From an uncultured bacterium (GTDB taxonomy: Bacteria > Omnitrophota > Omnitrophia > Omnitrophales > Aquincolibacteriaceae): a DNA stretch of 64,000 nucleotides. The position numbers were made by a program, and so were the translations under genes. Positions 38,192-47,415 of this stretch are shown here, one piece after another. Every line of letters begins with the position of its first letter. The first letter of the stretch is position 1. Below the pieces are notes generated by a model. It was given only the letters and a program-made list of their open reading frames with translations, had not been told where the DNA came from and searched no databases. Where the stretch lies: positions 79,986 to 143,985 of the forward strand of contig CAYPIR010000003.1 in the NCBI GenBank assembly GCA_964410905.1, read 5' to 3'.

Positions 38192-39484
38192 CTAAGCCTC
38201 TTCCATTCTAACAACTTGAGATTTTTCCTTAACAAATTTTAGTTTATCGATAGCTCGTATTGCCGAGCGGATATTTTTTTCGGGTGATTTATGCGTCAAT
38301 AAAATAAGCGGAACAACTTTGCCGGCGCTCCGTTCACGTTGAACAACATCGGAGATACTAACTTTATGCGTCCCAAAAATTTTAGAAATTGCCGCCAAAA
38401 CTCCCGGCGTGTCTATCACAAGAAACCGCAAATAATACCGTGACTCAATTGACGTAATATTTTTTACTTCTATCGTTTTGCCAAGAGAGCGAATCATCAA
38501 ATTATCACTTATAACATCCACGTGGCTTTTAGCGATGTCCACAAGATCGGCAACAATAGCAGACGCCGTCGGCAAAGATCCGGCACCGCGTCCATAAAGC
38601 ATTACATCTCCGGCCTCGTCTCCTCTAAACATTACGGCGTTAAACGATTGGTTAACGCTCGCCAAAATATGATTTTTAGGAAGAAGTGTCGGCTGCACGC
38701 GCGCCTCAACTCCATTTTTAGTTCTCTTGGCAATGGCAAGCAGTTTTATTACGTAGCCGAATTCTTTGGCAAAAGCAATATCATCATTTGTTATGCGCGT
38801 AATTCCTTCAGAATAAATATCACTAAATCGAACGCGGCCGCCGAACGCGAACCGGACGAGTATCGCGAGTTTATGCGCCGCGTCAATTCCTTGAATATCA
38901 AGCGTTGGATCTGCTTCGGCAAAACCTTCTTTTTGCGCGCCCGAAAGCGCGTCTTCAAAACTCAAACCCGATGTCGCCATTTGCGTCAAAATATAATTTG
39001 TCGTTCCGTTTATAATGGCATAGATTGAATCAACATCATTAGCAACCAAACCTTCACGCAGCGCTTTCAAGCACGGAATTCCGCCGCCAACGCTCGCCTC
39101 AAAGCAAATCCATTTTTGCATTTTGTGCGCTAGTTCAAAAATTTCATCTCCGCGTTCGGCGAGAAGTGCCTTATTGGCAGTTACAACATGTTTGCCTTCT
39201 TTAAGCGCGGTTTTGATGACTTCGCCAGCAAAAGTTGTCCCGCCGATAAGTTCAACAACAATGTCTACGTTAGGATCACGGACAACTTCAAACGCGTCTT
39301 GCGTAATAATTTTTGCGGGCGGTTGAACTTTGCGTTTGCGATTTGGATATTTTTCAGCAATACGGACAACTTCAAACGATACGCCAAGTTGTTTTTCAAA
39401 CGACTTTTTTTTTCGCGTCAGAATTTCATAAAGCCCTGAGCCGATTTGTCCAAGTCCCAAAAGTCCAATTTTGACAGTTTTCAT
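38192..39484 (-). CDS. hom: homoserine dehydrogenase
   Basis: 430 aa. N-terminal NAD-binding motif VKIGLLGLGQIGSG, followed by catalytic and C-terminal ACT-like domains. Confidence 0.9.
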   Translation of the reverse strand: MKTVKIGLLGLGQIGSGLYEILTRKKKSFEKQLGVSFEVVRIAEKYPNRKRKVQPPAKIITQDAFEVVRDPNVDIVVELIGGTTFAGEVIKTALKEGKHVVTANKALLAERGDEIFELAHKMQKWICFEASVGGGIPCLKALREGLVANDVDSIYAIINGTTNYILTQMATSGLSFEDALSGAQKEGFAEADPTLDIQGIDAAHKLAILVRFAFGGRVRFSDIYSEGITRITNDDIAFAKEFGYVIKLLAIAKRTKNGVEARVQPTLLPKNHILASVNQSFNAVMFRGDEAGDVMLYGRGAGSLPTASAIVADLVDIAKSHVDVISDNLMIRSLGKTIEVKNITSIESRYYLRFLVIDTPGVLAAISKIFGTHKVSISDVVQRERSAGKVVPLILLTHKSPEKNIRSAIRAIDKLKFVKEKSQVVRMEEA

Positions 39485-39672
39485 ACTTTTCCTGTAAACA
39501 AAAATTTAAAGAAAAAAAGTTATTTATGAAAATTATAGAGGTGAAGTATAACTTGCCTATAAGTAAAAATCAAAAAGAAAGACGAGAAGAAGAGCCCGTT
39601 GGCTAGTATTTATTTGTAGCCGCTTAGCGATTCAATGAAGGACTAGCCCAAGGCTTCAAAGCCGCTCTTGAT

Positions 39673-41451
39673 TTACAAGTCAAATTGAAGGTCGTAGAGA
39701 TGCTTGTAAACGCCGCCTTGAGTAAGAAGTTCATCGTGAGTTCCGCGCTGGACAATTTTCCCCTTGTCCATCACGAGAATTGTATTGGCGCGTTGGATTG
39801 TAGAAAGCCTGTGAGCGATTACAAGTACAGTCCGCGACTCCATCAAATTTTCAAGAGCTTTTTGGACTTCGCGCTCGCTTTGCGTATCAAGACTTGATGT
39901 CGCCTCATCCAAAATAAGTATCGGCGGGTTTTTTAAAAGAGCGCGGGCAATAGCGATGCGTTGCCGTTCTCCGCCAGAAAGCTTTAAGCCCCGTTCGCCA
40001 AGATTTGTTTCATAGCCTTGAGGCAGCCTTTCTATAAAATGATCCGCGTATGCCAATTTTGCCGCGCGTTTGACTTCTTTTATATTCGCGCTTGGACGAG
40101 CATATGCGATGTTTTCGCGAATGCTTGTATTAAAAAGTATTGTATCTTGCGAAACTACTCCGATTAAATTTCTGAGTGAGTGCAGCGTAAAGTTACGAAC
40201 ATCTTCTCCGTTTATTTTTATCGCGCCTGCTGTTGGATCATAAGTCCTGAGAGCCAAATTAACGAGCGTAGATTTTCCAGAACCGCTTGAACCGACAAAT
40301 GCTATCACCTCATTATGCTTCGCCTTAAATGAAATGTCTTTTAAAAGCGGCAATTCCGGAGAATAAGAAAACTCAACATTGTCATAAGCAATTTCTTCAA
40401 TATTTTCGCGGTAATCTATAGCGTTTGTTTTTTCTTTAACGCTTGGCTTTGAATCCAATGCTTCAAAAATACGTTCGCCGGCGGCAATAGATGTTTGAAT
40501 CGTGCTATTTACCCGCGTGATTTTTTTGATTGGCTCGTAGAAAAGAAAGAGAGAGCCGATGAACGCGACAAATCTGTCGGCGGGCAAATATTTAATACCA
40601 AACCAAATTGCCAGTGCGGAACCCACCGCTCCGATAACCTCTACCAGTGGCCGCTGAACTATAGTAACGCGAAGTCCACGTTTAAAAAGGTCCATAATTT
40701 TTTTATTAAAATGTTCAAACTTTTTGATTTCCCGCTCTTCCGCGCAAAACGCTCTGATAATCGTCATGCCGGATAGTTTCTCTTGCAAAAACGACAACAA
40801 ATCCGCTGAAAGTTCATTGCCTTTGCGCGTAAGTTTTTTGACCTTTTTACCAAGCAAAACTATTGGAATAGCAACCAAAGGGAAAATAAGCATCGCATAA
40901 AGTGCGTATTTGCCCCCCCAAATAAAAACCCACGGAATATTAAACAAAATCACAAGCGGCTGACGAACAAGGTCCATAACAATATCCGTTACAGCGCCTT
41001 GAATTTGTCCGACATCATTTAAGATTCGGCTCATTAAGTCGCCTGTCCTGCCTTTTGAATAAAAATTTTGCGACAGGTATGTGAAATGACGATAAAGTTC
41101 CGCGCGCACTTGAAGGACGACGCGAATACCGATATTGGACATTTGATAGTTAGAGAGAAAATCAAAAATACCGCGGAAAAGAAACACGGCGATAAGCATA
41201 ATCGGAACTATAAAAATTGGGAAACTTATTTCTGATATTTGAGGAATATACTTTGCGATATACGGAAGTTTTTGCAGCATATTCATATTTATAACCACTT
41301 TATCGCGATGATAAAGTCCGTTTATAACGATAAAAATCGCAGCGGACACAAGAGAGTTTGCGAGAGAATAAGCAAGCATTGACGAAAGCGCGATCAAAAA
41401 CCGTTTCCAATGCGGTTTAGCATAATTAAGAAGCCGTTTATAAGTCTCCAT
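39673..41451 (-). CDS. msbA: ABC transporter permease/ATP-binding protein, MsbA-like lipid exporter
   Basis: 592 aa. N-terminal 6-TM domain, then Walker A GSSGSGKST, signature LSGGERQRIAIARAL and Walker B ILILDEATS. Confidence 0.85.
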   Translation of the reverse strand: METYKRLLNYAKPHWKRFLIALSSMLAYSLANSLVSAAIFIVINGLYHRDKVVINMNMLQKLPYIAKYIPQISEISFPIFIVPIMLIAVFLFRGIFDFLSNYQMSNIGIRVVLQVRAELYRHFTYLSQNFYSKGRTGDLMSRILNDVGQIQGAVTDIVMDLVRQPLVILFNIPWVFIWGGKYALYAMLIFPLVAIPIVLLGKKVKKLTRKGNELSADLLSFLQEKLSGMTIIRAFCAEEREIKKFEHFNKKIMDLFKRGLRVTIVQRPLVEVIGAVGSALAIWFGIKYLPADRFVAFIGSLFLFYEPIKKITRVNSTIQTSIAAGERIFEALDSKPSVKEKTNAIDYRENIEEIAYDNVEFSYSPELPLLKDISFKAKHNEVIAFVGSSGSGKSTLVNLALRTYDPTAGAIKINGEDVRNFTLHSLRNLIGVVSQDTILFNTSIRENIAYARPSANIKEVKRAAKLAYADHFIERLPQGYETNLGERGLKLSGGERQRIAIARALLKNPPILILDEATSSLDTQSEREVQKALENLMESRTVLVIAHRLSTIQRANTILVMDKGKIVQRGTHDELLTQGGVYKHLYDLQFDL

Positions 41452-41577
41452 TAGTTCCCCTATTTGTTGGTAAAAATGTCCGACAATGTAACATATCCAT
41501 TGACTTGCCTCAAGGTTATGATTAAATATTTCTTACTTCTTAACAGTCTCATCCTTTCATAGAAGGGATTTCCTAAA

Positions 41578-42516
41578 ATGAGTAAAAAAATAAAAGTCGG
41601 CGTCATAGGCATTGGCCATCTTGGAAAAGAGCACGCCAGAATTTATTCCGAGTTTTCCGAATGCGAACTTGTAGGAATTTCCGACCGCGATCCCGCCAAG
41701 GCGGAAAAAGCCAAAGAGCTAGGCACAACTTATTATGCCAATCCGCTTGATTTAATCGGTCATGTAGAAGCCGTCTCAATCGCCACGCCGACTTCAACGC
41801 ATTATGAGGTTGCCCGCGAATTTCTAAAAGCTGGCGTTCATACTCTTATTGAAAAACCAATCACCTTAAAACTTGAAGAAGCGGATGAACTCTTGGCTAT
41901 CGCGCGAGAAAAAAATCTCGCTCTTCAAGTTGGACACATAGAGCGTCATAATCCGGGATTTAAACGCGTTTGCGAAATCGCCCGCAACACGCGTTTTCTT
42001 GAAATTCATCGTCTTGGACCTTTCACGGGACGCATTAACGACTGCGGAGTTGTTCTAGATCTAATGATACACGACCTTGATATTGTCTTAAGTCTCGTTG
42101 ATTCTGAAGTGGAAAGTTTTGACGCGCTTGGAGTAAATGTCCTTACCCCTTATGAAGATATTGCAAACGTCCGTCTTAAATTTCAAAATGGCGCCGTTGC
42201 AAATATCACAGCCTCTCGCCTTACTTTTGAAAAACAGCGCAAACTTCGCATATTTCAAGAAGACACGTATATTTCATTGAACTTCGGCGATCAAACAGGA
42301 AAAATAATCCGTAAAAACGGCGATAAAATCAGCCAAGAAGAAGTTTCTGTGGAAAAAGCCGAACCTTTAAAAGAAGAGCTTCGTTTTTTTCTAAACGGCA
42401 TCGCGACGGGCAAAAGTTTCGGCAGACCTGATACAGCCGCAAGAAACGCTCTCGAACTCGCAATAAAAATCGCTCAAGCAATACAAGCAAACCAGCCTAA
42501 AGTGCTTAAAAAATAA
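41578..42516 (+). CDS. Gfo/Idh/MocA family NAD(P)-dependent oxidoreductase
   Basis: 312 aa. MSKKIKVGVIGIGHLGKEHARIY...EKP Rossmann motif. The stop overlaps the lpxB start (TAATG). Confidence 0.8.
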   Translation: MSKKIKVGVIGIGHLGKEHARIYSEFSECELVGISDRDPAKAEKAKELGTTYYANPLDLIGHVEAVSIATPTSTHYEVAREFLKAGVHTLIEKPITLKLEEADELLAIAREKNLALQVGHIERHNPGFKRVCEIARNTRFLEIHRLGPFTGRINDCGVVLDLMIHDLDIVLSLVDSEVESFDALGVNVLTPYEDIANVRLKFQNGAVANITASRLTFEKQRKLRIFQEDTYISLNFGDQTGKIIRKNGDKISQEEVSVEKAEPLKEELRFFLNGIATGKSFGRPDTAARNALELAIKIAQAIQANQPKVLKK

Positions 42517-43643
42517 TGGCAAAAAAAATATTCATAGTCGCGTGCGAAGCCTCCGGCGATATGCACGGAGCGCGTCTCATTTCAGAAATATTAAAAAAAG
42601 ATTCCTCCGTTGAATTTTGCGGCCTTGGCGGCGACAAAATGCGGCAGACGGGAATGCATATTTTTCACGACTTAACAAAATTTTCCGCACTCGGTTTCAG
42701 CGATGTCGTAAAAAACTATTTCAAATATCTGAAAATTTTTAAAAGCGCTGTCCAGTTGATACGCGATGAAAAACCAGATGCCGTTATTGTAATAGATTCA
42801 CCCGCGTTTAACCTCCGCCTCGCGAAAAAAATTAAAAACACCTTCCCCGTTATTTATTATATTTCGCCTCAACTTTGGGCTTGGGGGAAACGCCGCATAC
42901 ATATCGTGAAAAAATATGTCCGTCAAATGCTTGTCATTCTTCCGTTTGAAAAAGATTTTTATGAAAAAGAAAATATTTCCGCGGAGTTTGTCGGGCATCC
43001 GCTTCTTGATTCCATTCCTGACTTGCCGTCGCAAGAAACTCTGAAAAAAAATTTAGGGCTGCAAGACGGGCAAAAAGCTATCGGCCTTTTCTCCGGTTCG
43101 CGAGAAAAAGAAGTTCGCCGCATTTTACCCGTAATGTTAAAAACCGCAGAGCTTCTGCGAAAAGATTTTCCTAACGCGACTTTTTTTGTTTCAAGATCTC
43201 ATAATGTCAAAAATGCTGCTTATGATGAGATTTTGAAAACGACCTCCGTCAAAACCATGTCCACGCAAACTTCATTCTACGAACTTGTCCGCGCTATGGA
43301 TTTCGCGCTTGTAACAAGCGGAACCGCCACGCTAGAGACAGCGTTAATCGGCACGCCGTTTTTTCTTTTATATAAAACCGGTTGGTCGACTTATTTTTTG
43401 GGAAAACATTTAATCAAAGTCGTTTATTTGGGACTTGTAAATTTGCTTTCAAAAACCCGCGTTGTCCCAGAGTTTATTCAAAATGACGCACGCCCCGAAA
43501 CCATAGCGCACGAAGCTAAAGTGTTTTTGCAAAGCCAAGAACTGCAAAACAAAATGAGACGGGAATTTAAAGAAGTCCGTGAAAAGTTAGGCGAGAAAGG
43601 TGCGAGTCTCCGCGCTGCAGAAAAAGTTTTGGAGTTTTTATAA
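42516..43643 (+). CDS. lpxB: lipid-A-disaccharide synthase
   Basis: 375 aa. MAKKIFIVACEASGDMHGARLI... is GT19 LpxB. Confidence 0.9.
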   Translation: MAKKIFIVACEASGDMHGARLISEILKKDSSVEFCGLGGDKMRQTGMHIFHDLTKFSALGFSDVVKNYFKYLKIFKSAVQLIRDEKPDAVIVIDSPAFNLRLAKKIKNTFPVIYYISPQLWAWGKRRIHIVKKYVRQMLVILPFEKDFYEKENISAEFVGHPLLDSIPDLPSQETLKKNLGLQDGQKAIGLFSGSREKEVRRILPVMLKTAELLRKDFPNATFFVSRSHNVKNAAYDEILKTTSVKTMSTQTSFYELVRAMDFALVTSGTATLETALIGTPFFLLYKTGWSTYFLGKHLIKVVYLGLVNLLSKTRVVPEFIQNDARPETIAHEAKVFLQSQELQNKMRREFKEVREKLGEKGASLRAAEKVLEFL

Positions 43644-43789
43644 AAGGTTTCGTAAATTTACACCGATTGCTGTGCTAATTGCTAAAATCGAACTAATTAC
43701 GGGAATAAACAGATATTTTAGAGAGATTGTCTTGCGAAGAAATTCGTTGTTTGGCTAAAAAGCAACGTTAGCATAAGAGTTTGGTTATA

Positions 43790-44245
43790 TTATATTTCAT
43801 ACACACTCTTTAGAGTGTCGTTGGTTTCAACTGCAACGGATAAATCGCGTTTTAGATATTCAGCCGTTGGACGAGAGCGTTCCACTTCAGGATGCGCTAA
43901 TTCCCAAGGAAATTCTGGATAAATAATCGGGACAAAGCAATCTGGATAGCAAATCGGAAAAGTAACAATCTCATACGCGCCGACACCTATTCTGCCCAAC
44001 ATATAAAATACGCCACGCCCAATTCCTGTAAACCAAGACGGAGGAAATGTGCCTTCTTTTTCTTGTGTGGCAAGTTCGTGCGAGAGTTCAAAAGGCGAGC
44101 AAGTAACGTTAAAAAAACCGCGCTGAAGTTTGCGGAGAGGTCCCCATTTGGGTTCAATTTCGGTCTTTTCGCCAAACGCGAAAGCGTCCGTCCCGGCGGC
44201 AAAAAAAATCGCGGCAACCGCAAGTAAACAAAAAAGTCGTTTCAT
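43790..44245 (-). CDS. secreted hypothetical protein (signal peptide)
   Basis: 151 aa. N-terminus MKRLFCLLAVAAIFFAAGTDAFA. No confident family assignment. Confidence 0.5.
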   Translation of the reverse strand: MKRLFCLLAVAAIFFAAGTDAFAFGEKTEIEPKWGPLRKLQRGFFNVTCSPFELSHELATQEKEGTFPPSWFTGIGRGVFYMLGRIGVGAYEIVTFPICYPDCFVPIIYPEFPWELAHPEVERSRPTAEYLKRDLSVAVETNDTLKSVYEI

Positions 44246-44358
44246 AGCCGGGTAATTTATCTTTCTTTACAAAAAAACACAACAGAAAATCCATCTTTCC
44301 GACATTTTTTAGATTATAATTCGTCTCGCGTCTTTTACAAATATTTAGCAGAGGCTTT

Positions 44359-45555
44359 ATGAAATCAAAATCGTTATTAGTTGGAAACGCTGTAGTAGGA
44401 CAATCAGGCGGTTGCACCGCCGTGATAAATCAAAGTTTAGCAGGAGTGGTGCTGACAGCAAAAAAATCGCCACAAATTAAAAAAATTTACGGTTCTAGGC
44501 ACGGCGTTGAAGGAATTATAAAAGAAGATTTCATAGAACTTCACAAAAAACCGCTCTCTCTTATAAACGCCATCGCGAACCTCCCCTCGTCAGCGCTTGG
44601 TTCTTCGCGGTATAAAATCAAATCGGACGATGAAGAAAAAATCATCGCGAGCTTGAAACGGCATAACATAAAATTTGTTTTTTTAATTGGCGGAAATGAC
44701 ACGGCGAATACAAGCCTTCAAATTGCTCAGGCGGCTGAAAAATCGCGTTATGAGTTAAAAGTCATTCACATTCCTAAGACAATCGATAACGATTTAATGG
44801 AAACAGATCATTGTCCAGGCTTCGGCTCCGTCGCGCGGTTTGCGGCAATCACGACGCAAGAAGCGGCTCTCGATACTCGCGCCATGAAAAATGTCGACCC
44901 GGTAAAAATAATCGAATTTATGGGACGAAATTCCGGCTGGATTGTCGCGAGCTCGGCATTATTAAAAAATACCGAAAAAGACGCGCCGCATATTATTCTT
45001 GTTCCGGAAGTCGCCTTTGACGAAACACGTTTTATTTCGCAAGTCCGCGATGTTTTAAAAAATGTGGGGTATTGCGTAATTACTATGTCTGAAACTATTT
45101 GCGATAAGTTGGGAAATCGAGTTGGCGCGAAAATCGAAGGCGTGACGAAAGACCCTTTTGGGCACGGTTATGTGGAAGGCGCAGCGGCTAAAATCGCTTC
45201 AATCATTGAGAAAAAAATTGGCGTCCGCGCTAGATTCGACAAACCCGGGACAATTCAACGAATGTCGATTCCATATATTTCAAAAACAGATCAAACGGAA
45301 GCGTTTTCGGCAGGAAGTTATGCCGTCCGGTGGGCAACCCAAGGGCTATCTAAAGTAATGGTCGGATTCAAGCGGAACGCCGGCAAGAAGTATTCCATTA
45401 AATATGTCCCCGTGCCGTTAGAAAAAATCCCAAATAACGAGCGGGATTTACCGCCCAGTTTTTTTGATAAGAAAAAAGGGATAATTACGCCAGCGTTCAA
45501 GAAATACGCTCTGCCTTTGCTCGGTAAAAACTTGCCAACATTTCCTATGTTATAA
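44359..45555 (+). CDS. pfk: 6-phosphofructokinase (PFK-A family, possibly PPi-dependent)
   Basis: 398 aa. ...GGCTAVINQS...FLIGGNDTANTS...IPKTIDNDL... are PFK motifs. GGNDT replaces GGDGS. Confidence 0.8.
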   Translation: MKSKSLLVGNAVVGQSGGCTAVINQSLAGVVLTAKKSPQIKKIYGSRHGVEGIIKEDFIELHKKPLSLINAIANLPSSALGSSRYKIKSDDEEKIIASLKRHNIKFVFLIGGNDTANTSLQIAQAAEKSRYELKVIHIPKTIDNDLMETDHCPGFGSVARFAAITTQEAALDTRAMKNVDPVKIIEFMGRNSGWIVASSALLKNTEKDAPHIILVPEVAFDETRFISQVRDVLKNVGYCVITMSETICDKLGNRVGAKIEGVTKDPFGHGYVEGAAAKIASIIEKKIGVRARFDKPGTIQRMSIPYISKTDQTEAFSAGSYAVRWATQGLSKVMVGFKRNAGKKYSIKYVPVPLEKIPNNERDLPPSFFDKKKGIITPAFKKYALPLLGKNLPTFPML

Positions 45556-45585
45556 ATTCAGCAGTTCCTTCTATTAGAAAAGTTT

Positions 45586-46380
45586 TTATTTAGGCAACAC
45601 ATAGGCGTTATCATTAATCCACCCCGCACAACCGCTAGCCGTATTTTTATAAAATTCATATTCCTCGTCCTTCTCGCTTGAGTTTCTATACCACGGCAAG
45701 TGTCTAGAAGCGTACTCTCCCCCTACCCTTATCGCTCTAAAAAATTGCGTTTTATATAAAAAGCCAGGCCGGTATAACGCAAAAGTTGTGTCTATACAGG
45801 TATCATATATTTCCAAAGATTTTTTTGTTTTTTTGCCGCACCAAAAACTTTTCTCAAACGCAATCGCATCTTTTTTTCTTGCATACCAATCCGGCAAATC
45901 ATCAATTTTCAAAGCAAATCCAACTTTTATCGCTAAGGGATATTCTTGCAAAAGCCGCAAAAATACTTCCATAAAATCATCCGGACAATTTTCCGTCGGC
46001 AAAATATCAGGGTCAGTAACAACATAATATTGCGTTTCGATTACTTTATTAAATTTGCCGCTTTCCCAAAAAACTTTATGCCCATAATTTTTATCCATAT
46101 AGTGAACTTTATGTTTTGTGTTTTTAAGATACTCCAAAAGCGGCGGATACGATGATTTATTATCGATAATATTGATATTTTTATAGCCTTTAGCCTCTAG
46201 GAAGTTGATAAGTTTTTTTAAGTAGGTTAATTGATTAAAACAAATGATATAAATCGGGATGGCGCTTATGTCTGCGTCTGGCAAGAGGACATTTTTAGAT
46301 TCAATAATTAAAGCCAAACTTCTTGATGCCCTAAATCTTTTTCTTTTGGCGTTGCTAAAAGGATACCGAATAACAGACAT
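45586..46380 (-). CDS. glycosyltransferase-like protein (hypothetical); start uncertain
   Basis: ...IPIYIICFNQLTYLKKLINFL...VTDPDILP... resembles the N-terminus of a GT2-like nucleotide-sugar transferase. The ~40-aa N-terminal extension is dubious. Confidence 0.4.
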   Translation of the reverse strand: MSVIRYPFSNAKRKRFRASRSLALIIESKNVLLPDADISAIPIYIICFNQLTYLKKLINFLEAKGYKNINIIDNKSSYPPLLEYLKNTKHKVHYMDKNYGHKVFWESGKFNKVIETQYYVVTDPDILPTENCPDDFMEVFLRLLQEYPLAIKVGFALKIDDLPDWYARKKDAIAFEKSFWCGKKTKKSLEIYDTCIDTTFALYRPGFLYKTQFFRAIRVGGEYASRHLPWYRNSSEKDEEYEFYKNTASGCAGWINDNAYVLPK

Positions 46381-46466
46381 CGCTCTTTTAAATTTTGGAC
46401 TTGCAGTTATTAATTCGGCAAGTCTAAAAAGAATACATTTAAAAAAACAACCATCAGAGGTAAATA

Positions 46467-46486
46467 CTTGCTTGCTTGCTTGCTTA
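46467..46486. repeat. tetranucleotide simple-sequence repeat (CTTG)4 plus CTTA
   Basis: cttgcttgcttgcttgctta between the era stop and the glycosyltransferase-like gene start, in the upstream region of the latter on the minus strand. Confidence 0.6.
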
Positions 46487-46497
46487 TAGTCATTTTA

Positions 46498-47415
46498 TCA
46501 TCGCCTTTCATTGATCCCTGATTCACGAAAAAAGGCGGGGTTGTTTTTCCAACCGGGAATCGGTTTACACCAAAGCTGTAAAAAAACTTTCCGCCCTAAA
46601 AACTTTTGTATATCAAGCCGTGCCGCAGTTCCAATTTGCTTGATTTTTTCTCCGCCGCGGCCAATCACAATCGCCTTTTGCGAATCACGCTCAACTACAA
46701 TGGTCGCGTGAATCTTAGTGATTTTTTCTTCTTCTAAAAATTCATCAACGCGGATTGTTCCGTCATACGGCAACTCCTCTCCTAAAAAATGATAGAGTTT
46801 TTCACGTATCATTTCGCTCACATGAAATCTAACATTTTGATCTGAAATTTGATCCTCAGGATAAATCAATTCTCCTTCCGGAAGATAGCGGAGAGTTTGC
46901 TCAATAAGCACGTTTATATTTTCTCCAGACTTCGCGCTTATGGGAATAAACTCCTTGAACTCAAACGCTTTTTGATAGGAATCTAAAGCAACCACGAGAT
47001 CGTCTTTTGAAAATCTATCGATTTGATTTACCACCAAAAAAACGGGCGTTTTAATTTCACGAATCCAAGCAAGAATTGTTTTTTCAATATCGCCTATCGG
47101 TTTTGGATAAACGAGCCAATACAAAATATCCGCGTCGGAAAATGTTCGCTGGACATCGCGGACCATTCCCGCTCCAAGTTCGTCTTTGGGACGATGAACG
47201 CCGGGCGTATCTAGAAAAATAATTTGCCCAGAAAGTTCCCCGGCAATTTTTTTATTTTCCGGTATCGTCAAAATACCGCGTATTACATCCCTCGTGGTTT
47301 GCGGTTTAGCGGACGTTCCCGCCAGCTTTTCACCGACAAGTTTATTTAGAAGCGTCGATTTCCCGACATTTGGGCGGCCAATAATGGCAACATGCCCAAC
47401 TTTAGTTTTACTCAC
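46498..47415 (-). CDS. era: GTPase Era
   Basis: 305 aa. G1 motif GRPNVGKSTL, G3 motif DTPG, plus a C-terminal KH domain. Confidence 0.9.
   Translation of the reverse strand: MSKTKVGHVAIIGRPNVGKSTLLNKLVGEKLAGTSAKPQTTRDVIRGILTIPENKKIAGELSGQIIFLDTPGVHRPKDELGAGMVRDVQRTFSDADILYWLVYPKPIGDIEKTILAWIREIKTPVFLVVNQIDRFSKDDLVVALDSYQKAFEFKEFIPISAKSGENINVLIEQTLRYLPEGELIYPEDQISDQNVRFHVSEMIREKLYHFLGEELPYDGTIRVDEFLEEEKITKIHATIVVERDSQKAIVIGRGGEKIKQIGTAARLDIQKFLGRKVFLQLWCKPIPGWKNNPAFFRESGINERR

Noticed and set aside
39485-39672. Threonine-operon leader peptide/attenuator upstream of hom
   Set aside because: No Thr/Ile-rich mini-ORF was found on the minus strand. Only weak imperfect inverted repeats are present.
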